Source: an uncultured virus (IMG/VR IMGVR_UViG_3300024177_000002)
Taxonomy: Duplodnaviria > Heunggongvirae > Uroviricota > Caudoviricetes
Direction: 5' to 3' (one strand)
Virus record (IMG/VR): IMGVR_UViG_3300024177_000002
DNA: 20,000 nt
Both the position numbers and the translations under genes were made by a program. Each line of letters starts with the position of its first letter. The first letter of the stretch is position 1. The notes below the pieces were generated by a model. It worked only from the letters and a program-made list of their open reading frames with translations, was not told where the DNA came from and made no database searches. This document shows positions 6,305 through 12,500 of the stretch, in pieces.

Positions 6305-6520
6305 ATGAACTTTTCCCGCGAAAACGAAATCCTCGACGTGCTGGTTGCACTGGCCTTGCGTCAGGATGAGCTGACAGATGTGGAGATTGAAGAGCGAACC
6401 CAGATGCCGATGGCCTTGACCGATGAGGACAGGACGGCATTGCGCTCGGCTCCGGCACAATTACTGGTTGAGTTGCGATCTGCGCTCAGGCCGCAGGCGA
6501 AAGCGATGGTCGAACGATGA
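6305..6520 (+). CDS. Hypothetical phage protein
   Basis: 71-aa ORF in the coupled rightward operon. Confidence 0.6.
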   Translation: MNFSRENEILDVLVALALRQDELTDVEIEERTQMPMALTDEDRTALRSAPAQLLVELRSALRPQAKAMVER

Positions 6521-6786
6521 GACGTGTAACAATAAAAGTTTGCGATTCCGAAGCCCAAAACCGACTTAAAAAATATCGAGATGATAACGGATTTGGGCCT
6601 TATCGTGCTTCTGTTCTGGCTGATGTTATTTGGCCGAAAACTGATTGGGTTGCGGCGCAGGGTGCTGGCGCTGCGGCCAGCCGAGTTCTGAAACGTCTTG
6701 GTTGCCGCTGGACCGCGAATAGGGAAAACTGGGGTTGGATACTGGAATTTCATATTCCGAAAGCGAAAGAGATGGCGGGACAGTGA
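6517..6786 (+). CDS. Hypothetical protein, possible winged-helix
   Basis: RASVLADVIWP...AGAAASRVLKRLG helix pattern; ATGA and GTGA overlaps. Confidence 0.6.
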   Translation: MRRVTIKVCDSEAQNRLKKYRDDNGFGPYRASVLADVIWPKTDWVAAQGAGAAASRVLKRLGCRWTANRENWGWILEFHIPKAKEMAGQ

Positions 6787-7085
6787 TAAAAATCATTACA
6801 CAAGGAGGCCCAATCCTGAACGAAGGCCGCGTTGTAGCCCATGGCAAAAACATATCCGCCATTGAGATTGATATGCATTCAAAGCGATGCGAAATCATGG
6901 CCGAATCCAAGACGGAAGATGGCGCTCCAGCAATCTGGTTGAGCGGAGATAACGCTCTGCATCTTAAAAAAGGATTGGAGAAAAAACCAACTGAGGTTGC
7001 ATTTCCTGGTTTTAAGGGCTGGCAAATATTTTCCGCTGATGTCTCCCGCTACACTTTTCGGGTGTGTTTTGTGAGGGATGAATGA
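6783..7085 (+). CDS. Hypothetical phage protein
   Basis: GTGA overlap at 6783/6786 and ATGA overlap at 7082/7085. Confidence 0.6.
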   Translation: MIKIITQGGPILNEGRVVAHGKNISAIEIDMHSKRCEIMAESKTEDGAPAIWLSGDNALHLKKGLEKKPTEVAFPGFKGWQIFSADVSRYTFRVCFVRDE

Positions 7086-7300
7086 GACGTAAAGCTTTAC
7101 AGGAATGGGAAGATGCTATTAAAAGCTGCGTCGGAACAGTCGCAATCCAAGGTTGTATTGAACAAATTCAACTGGAGCAGAGATTGCACGATGCCGCCAT
7201 TGCCCGCTCGCTTTATTCTGATCCTAATTGGGCTGGTTGCTATCGAACCGCGAGTGAAAGCATAGCGGTCTGCCTGGAGTCGGAAGAATGCCGCAAATGA
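7082..7300 (+). CDS. Hypothetical phage protein
   Basis: Coupled ORF with ATGA overlaps. Confidence 0.6.
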   Translation: MRRKALQEWEDAIKSCVGTVAIQGCIEQIQLEQRLHDAAIARSLYSDPNWAGCYRTASESIAVCLESEECRK

Positions 7301-7476
7301 GCAGATCAATTTCAGAAATCGTTATGACAGGGCCAGCTATTGACATTGGCCAATTCAGGCTTGTGAACTTTGCAGAAGGTAAATTCTGGTTGACGAATGC
7401 GGACGGCGAAGGCATGGAAACGAGCGAGGCCAAAATCGAGGCGATGCTGAAAGAATTTTTCGAGAGGGAATTTTGA
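7297..7476 (+). CDS. Hypothetical phage protein
   Basis: ATGA overlap at 7297/7300; C-terminus DGEGMETSEAKIEAMLKEFFEREF. Confidence 0.6.
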   Translation: MSRSISEIVMTGPAIDIGQFRLVNFAEGKFWLTNADGEGMETSEAKIEAMLKEFFEREF

Positions 7477-7480
7477 TATT

Positions 7481-7873
7481 ATGACACCGGAAGACAGGCG
7501 ATCTCTTGCTTATAGCCTTCGTGAGCAAGGTTTGACATTCAAAGAAATCGGTAAACGCATGGGAATAGGGCCGGCGCGGGCGCGGCAAATCTATGGTTAC
7601 GCCGAGCGATTGCTCACCAGAAAGCCTCATTGGACAGACGGTTTAAGCACTCGTGCGGCTAATATTTTCAACAATCTAAACCTCGAAAGCCGGGACGCTG
7701 CTCTAGCGGCTTATCAAGATGGAAGATTATGCGTCGGTCCGCGTGGTCCGCACTGGTATGGGTGGACATGTCATAAAGAGGTTGCCAAGTGGCTCGGGCT
7801 GCCGGAGCCGATGAAGCCCACGAGAAAAAAGCCTTTGTTGAACTGTCCCGAGTGCGGGCATCGGCTTCGCTAA
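7481..7873 (+). CDS. Sigma70 region-4-like HTH plus RNA polymerase alpha-CTD-like domain plus Zn knuckle
   Basis: LREQGLTFKEIGKRMGIGPARARQI (sigma4 HTH); GLSTRAANIFNNLNLES...YGWTCHKEVAKWLG (alpha-CTD-like); CPECGH. Confidence 0.7.
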   Translation: MTPEDRRSLAYSLREQGLTFKEIGKRMGIGPARARQIYGYAERLLTRKPHWTDGLSTRAANIFNNLNLESRDAALAAYQDGRLCVGPRGPHWYGWTCHKEVAKWLGLPEPMKPTRKKPLLNCPECGHRLR

Positions 7874-7891
7874 GAAAGGTATTATTTAAAC

Positions 7892-8113
7892 ATGAAAACA
7901 GGAAACATAATCCAACCAGACAAACACAATCCACACCTTGATGAGCCATATATTGAGCTTTACCCGCAAGGCAATGTGCGCGATTTAGCTATCACAACCG
8001 CAATTCCGAAACTGCATAAGAGCTACAGCAGGCGAGACGTGTTGACTGGGCCAACGCCGTTGCTGGTCAGGTTGAGTTATTGGAAGGAGAAATTTGGAGA
8101 GGTGGCTCAATGA
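7892..8113 (+). CDS. Hypothetical phage protein
   Basis: AAAGGT RBS-like sequence upstream; ATGA overlap downstream. Confidence 0.6.
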   Translation: MKTGNIIQPDKHNPHLDEPYIELYPQGNVRDLAITTAIPKLHKSYSRRDVLTGPTPLLVRLSYWKEKFGEVAQ

Positions 8114-8331
8114 GCATGACAGCTAAATTAACGGTGGTTATTATTTGGCAAGAGGAACTTATCTCTGCCGCTCGCGCTGTTCAAAGAATGGCCCAAAAAG
8201 ATTGCACCGAAGAAGATACCATGAATGCGCTCCGGGCTTGTTATGCGGCACTTTCTGCGCCAGAGTTGGCTTCTGGTGAGAATCCGGTTGTGATCTGTTG
8301 CGCTCATAGGCCACAACAAGCGCCAAAATGA
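8110..8331 (+). CDS. Hypothetical phage protein
   Basis: GGAGGT RBS; ATGA overlap at 8110/8113. Confidence 0.6.
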   Translation: MSMTAKLTVVIIWQEELISAARAVQRMAQKDCTEEDTMNALRACYAALSAPELASGENPVVICCAHRPQQAPK

Positions 8332-8507
8332 ACGCTTTGCAGGAACACATCGCAGCAAACAACCTCAACGAGGTTGAAGTCCTAAACCAGCTTCAAAGCG
8401 AAGCGACCGTCATTTCAGACCTTTGCCTGACCGCTGCCGATGTGTGGAGGGATGACACGGAGACTGCTGTGCGTTGGCTGAAAATGCAGAAAGGTGAGTT
8501 GATATGA
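8328..8507 (+). CDS. Hypothetical 59-aa protein (not in ORF track)
   Basis: MNALQEHIAANNLNEVEVLNQLQSEATVISDLCLTAADVWRDDTETAVRWLKMQKGELI*. ATGA overlaps at both ends. Confidence 0.65.
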   Translation: MNALQEHIAANNLNEVEVLNQLQSEATVISDLCLTAADVWRDDTETAVRWLKMQKGELI

Positions 8508-8716
8508 AGTGGCGCAAGGCTGATTCGATCAAACGGTATGCGAAATATCACAGCAATTCCACTGGAGACGTTCCGGTGTTGCTGGCCAACAAAAGATTCA
8601 ACAGCCATGCCGTCATCGGTTGGTATTTGGCTGGACATTTGCATCAATGGCGCATTGATGGTTCGCCGTCTGTTCAATTCCCTACTCACTGGATGCCGTT
8701 GCCAAAGCTGCCGTGA
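8504..8716 (+). CDS. DUF551-family phage protein
   Basis: MKW start, PVLL, and C-terminal PTHWMPLPKLP. Confidence 0.8.
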   Translation: MKWRKADSIKRYAKYHSNSTGDVPVLLANKRFNSHAVIGWYLAGHLHQWRIDGSPSVQFPTHWMPLPKLP

Positions 8717-8750
8717 ATTTCGGTAAACAACAAACAAAAGGAAAATTAGT

Positions 8751-8837
8751 ATGCTGTATGAAGTCGCCTTGGTTGAAAAACCATCGCAAAAAGAAATCGA
8801 AGCGCCAAGAATGCGGTGGGAATATGCCCTAAAATAG
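8751..8837 (+). CDS. 28-aa mini-ORF, possibly a truncated gene
   Basis: AAGGA RBS, MLYEVALVEKPSQKEIEAPRMRWEYALK*. Confidence 0.4.
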   Translation: MLYEVALVEKPSQKEIEAPRMRWEYALK

Positions 8838-8858
8838 CCTGAAAATCCAACACCAAGC

Positions 8859-9218
8859 ATGGGAACGATCGAATCACACAATCAAAAACAGATTCACTTT
8901 TGCGCTATCTGCAATGGCCCTGGATCAACAAAGCATCATTTATGGCCTCAGAAGCTTCGTAGGCAAATCTTAAACGGAGCGCCGGGCAATTCTGATTCAC
9001 CTTCATGGGGTGCCGTGATGCGGGTTTGCGGTTCATGCCATGCGGATATTCATTTCTATTTTTCTCATTGGGAACTTGCTATGAAATACAATGAGCCAGA
9101 GCGAATCAAAACTGAAATGGCTAAGAGAAAGGCGTCAGATTTTGTTTGGTTTAAGCATAAGAAGGAAAAGGCGGCAGCGCGGTCTTCGGTGGTTGCGTTG
9201 AATAACACCCATGCTTGA
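8859..9218 (+). CDS. HNH endonuclease
   Basis: CAIC...HHLWP...VCGSCHADIH zinc-binding HNH signature. Confidence 0.8.
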   Translation: MGTIESHNQKQIHFCAICNGPGSTKHHLWPQKLRRQILNGAPGNSDSPSWGAVMRVCGSCHADIHFYFSHWELAMKYNEPERIKTEMAKRKASDFVWFKHKKEKAAARSSVVALNNTHA

Positions 9219-9451
9219 CCATGCCCGTAACCATTCAATTTCGAGTCCGCGCCACGCCTCGCATTCCAGGTCTTGAAAAGGCGCAACCAGCCGGACCGTG
9301 GACGCATTACGCTGAAAAATCGCAGGCTGAGGCCGAACAATTTTTGAAGGCGGTTGGCGAGTTGGATGAGGGTAGGACTTGCTTCCAATACCGAATTAAG
9401 ACGGATGATGAACCAACCGAATCCATCTCGAACCAGTCACCCAGGCCCTAG
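9215..9451 (+). CDS. Hypothetical phage protein (start TTG 9215 or ATG 9221)
   Basis: Last ORF of the rightward operon; TTGA overlap with the HNH gene. Confidence 0.55.
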   Translation: MTMPVTIQFRVRATPRIPGLEKAQPAGPWTHYAEKSQAEAEQFLKAVGELDEGRTCFQYRIKTDDEPTESISNQSPRP

Positions 9452-9454
9452 TTC

Positions 9455-9488
9455 CCGGCGAATAGGCGAAATGCGACCCTATTGCCGG
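9455..9488. terminator. Hairpin between convergent operons (possible bidirectional terminator)
   Basis: CCGGC(G)AATAGG 9455-9466 pairs with CCTATTGCCGG 9478-9488. There is no U-tract. Confidence 0.4.
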
Positions 9489-9500
9489 TGAGATGGAAAG

Positions 9501-12500
9501 TTAAGGGGAAATCTTTTGTCCAGTTGGCACGGTTTGTCGCAATCCCGGAATGCCCATTTTCATATTCTGCCACATTCCAACCGGCTTACGTTTAACAGGG
9601 TCTTCGCGTGGATCAAATGGTATTTTCTTGTCCAATTGACGAGCCAGCCATTGTAAAGCCTGAGGTTCAGTCATTCCTGCAATTTGTTTCGCAATGGCAT
9701 TTTGTCGCGTATCAGGATCAGTAAACTCAGCGAGGTCAACTATTTCACGACCGAATGGAACTTCTTCAGCCAAACCGATAGCACCAGCCAATGCGCCAGC
9801 GGCGGGGCCTTGGGTATGAAGATCGCGCTTGCGAAGTTTCGAGTCCATGACCCTTCTGATTGTTGCCCCTAATTGCATGACTTCCAAAAGTGGATGATGC
9901 AGCAGGAAAGATGGCACATTGTAATCACCGATTTTAATTGATGCTATTTTGGCTGTATTTGGGCCGCGTTTCTCATGTTTTTGATAATAGCCTCCGAACA
10001 CATCAGGCAGGAAAAAACCAGCCAGCAAGAATGCGCCGCCAATTGAGCCTTGTTTCAACTGCCTTTTGATAAGGTCGGCCTGTTCGGTGGGTAATTTCTC
10101 GATTCCTTTGGCGTAAGCGATGGCGAGTTTGGTAGCTCCCACGGGAAACCCAACAGCGGCCTGAACTGTACGTGCAACGAGATTGGTCGGGATTCGGACA
10201 ATCGGAAGTAAGACACGCGCTAATCCGCCTGAGACGGCTGCGGTTGTAGGGACTTCTCCGGTCGTTTTGTCCGCCTGACTGAATCTTGATAAGGCTCGTT
10301 GATAGGCTTGAACCAACATGTTGTCCTCAAGAAAAAGAGCGCGGTTCGCCTCCTTCATAGCGATTGTTCCCATCTCAATTTGAGCCATTGGATCAGTTAC
10401 ATCCTTGCCGGCACGAATAGCAAGCTCGGTTAGTTTTCCGTAAACACGTTCAAATACGGCTCGCTTGAGAGGCGTTTTAATAGCGGCATGAAGCCGCCCA
10501 AAATAGGACACCATTTCTTCGGGAACCGGACGATGACCTCCAAATGCAACTTCCAAATCACTTTTCCCGGTTTTGAGAGTTTGAGCGGCATCGTCCAGCG
10601 TTCGCATGAATGCCTGTTTAATCGAGTTGGCTTCGATTTTTACGCTGGAATTTGATTCAACCGATGTTCTGCCCTCGAATCTTGGAAATGGGGCCGAAAT
10701 GATTTTCCCGGCCATTTCTTTTGCTGGCTCAAACATCAATCCTTCGGTAGCAGCGGCGGCTAATTTAGCCAAGCTTACGGGGCTGGATAAAACGAATGAT
10801 CGCCGCCAACCGCCAAAGAAATCAGCAACCTTCTCAGCGCCTGTTCGATTCTTCAGTTCCCATGAACGGCGTGCATCTTCAAATCGTTGTTCGACGCGAA
10901 GTTTTTTGACGAGTAATTCGTTGGCTTCTTTGTCTAAAGCTGGACCTGGTTTTTTTGGTCTCGGCGAGAAGTTCTCATCAGTAATTCGTTGCTCCATGTC
11001 CGCAATGCGTTTTTCAGTCCTTCGCTTGAATGATTCCAACGCGGTTTTGAAAACGGAGGCATGTTCGGCCTTTACTGATTCAAGTTGAGATTTCAAAGCC
11101 TCAATTTCTGGACTCGTGACAGGTTCTCCGCGTTGCTTAATTAGTCGTTCGCCAGACTGAATCTCGTTCTGCAAGTCTGTTATGCGATTGCGAAGGGTCG
11201 TTAATCGTGTCGATTCGGCACTGGCAAGCTGGGTATCGGGATCAGTAACATCGTAACCGCCTTTTTTCTTCGCTTCGTTTACCATCTTGATAAAGTCTCG
11301 CTCGGCATCGCTGGGTGATCGACGTTCAATGCCGGTTTTGATTGGTGCCTGACCGGCAGCCATGTCCTCGATCTTGGCGACCTGTTGCATCTGCCCTTTG
11401 AGATCGCGCAGAGCAACGCTGATTTCATCCTTGGAAAGCTGCTTGAAAGCGCCGTAACCAGAAATGGCGTCCATCGTTTGGCGGCGAGTAAAATCCGGCA
11501 TTATGTCTTGCAAAACACCATGAACCGTGTCAATCAATGCATCTCTGTCGCGTATCCCTTGCTCCACGAAAGTTCTGGCGATTTTTTGAACGAATGGCGT
11601 TATCTCATTTTCCTTTTTGTCTTTTACCTTGTTCTCAATCTTGGTTTTTAGATCGGCTTGACGCTCGCCTGAGGTCATGTCCTTAACAGCGTTGCGAACT
11701 GATTCCCCGGTTTTCTCGCCGGATGACTTTTTTATGAAAACGACTTGGTTTTTCAGTTCGTCATCCAAATTTTTTTGTGATGCTTTCCAAATGTCATTGA
11801 GATGTGGCTTAACCCAATCTCCAACAGCTTCAGCCATGTGCGCGGACCATTTTGCGAAATCAGTTAATCCCCGTGTGATTTTGGATGCTCCGTAAATGGA
11901 TAGGTCAACCAGTTCAGTGGGATCAATTCCGGCTAATGTTCGAGCATGACGCGCTTTGATTCTGGCCAGGGCTTCATTGCCCTTTTTATCCATGTAGGAG
12001 GCAAACTTTTCGGCTTGAGCCAAAACGCCAGGCGAATATTTTGGAGCCTTCGCGTTTTCCAGTTCGATTTGATGCAAAGCCGCATTGACTTCCATCTCTG
12101 CAATCTTGGCATCTTTTTCAGTAATATGTTTCTCGTAAGCGTCGGCAGCGGCTTTATGCTCTTCAACATCGGCTTGAAGTTTTGCGCGTTCACTATCAGT
12201 TAGTGGACTTCCTTTAGCAGCGGTCGCCAGTCGTTCCTGAGCGGCGAAAGTGTAATCCTCATAAGCAATCGCCTGTCGCCATCGGCCTTCACGCCCCCAT
12301 TCGCTACCGCGCCGATTTACGGCATCCATGAGCAATTTCAGAGAATCCGTTGCGGCAGCCAGATCAAGGCGCGAGGAAATCTTTTCTTCTGGCGTTCCGG
12401 TAAATGCCTTTTCCGATGCATTATTAATAGCGTTTTCCAGTGCAACTTTATGCCTCAAAATCAGGGCCGATTCGTCACCAGAAAGGGCACGTTTTGGATT

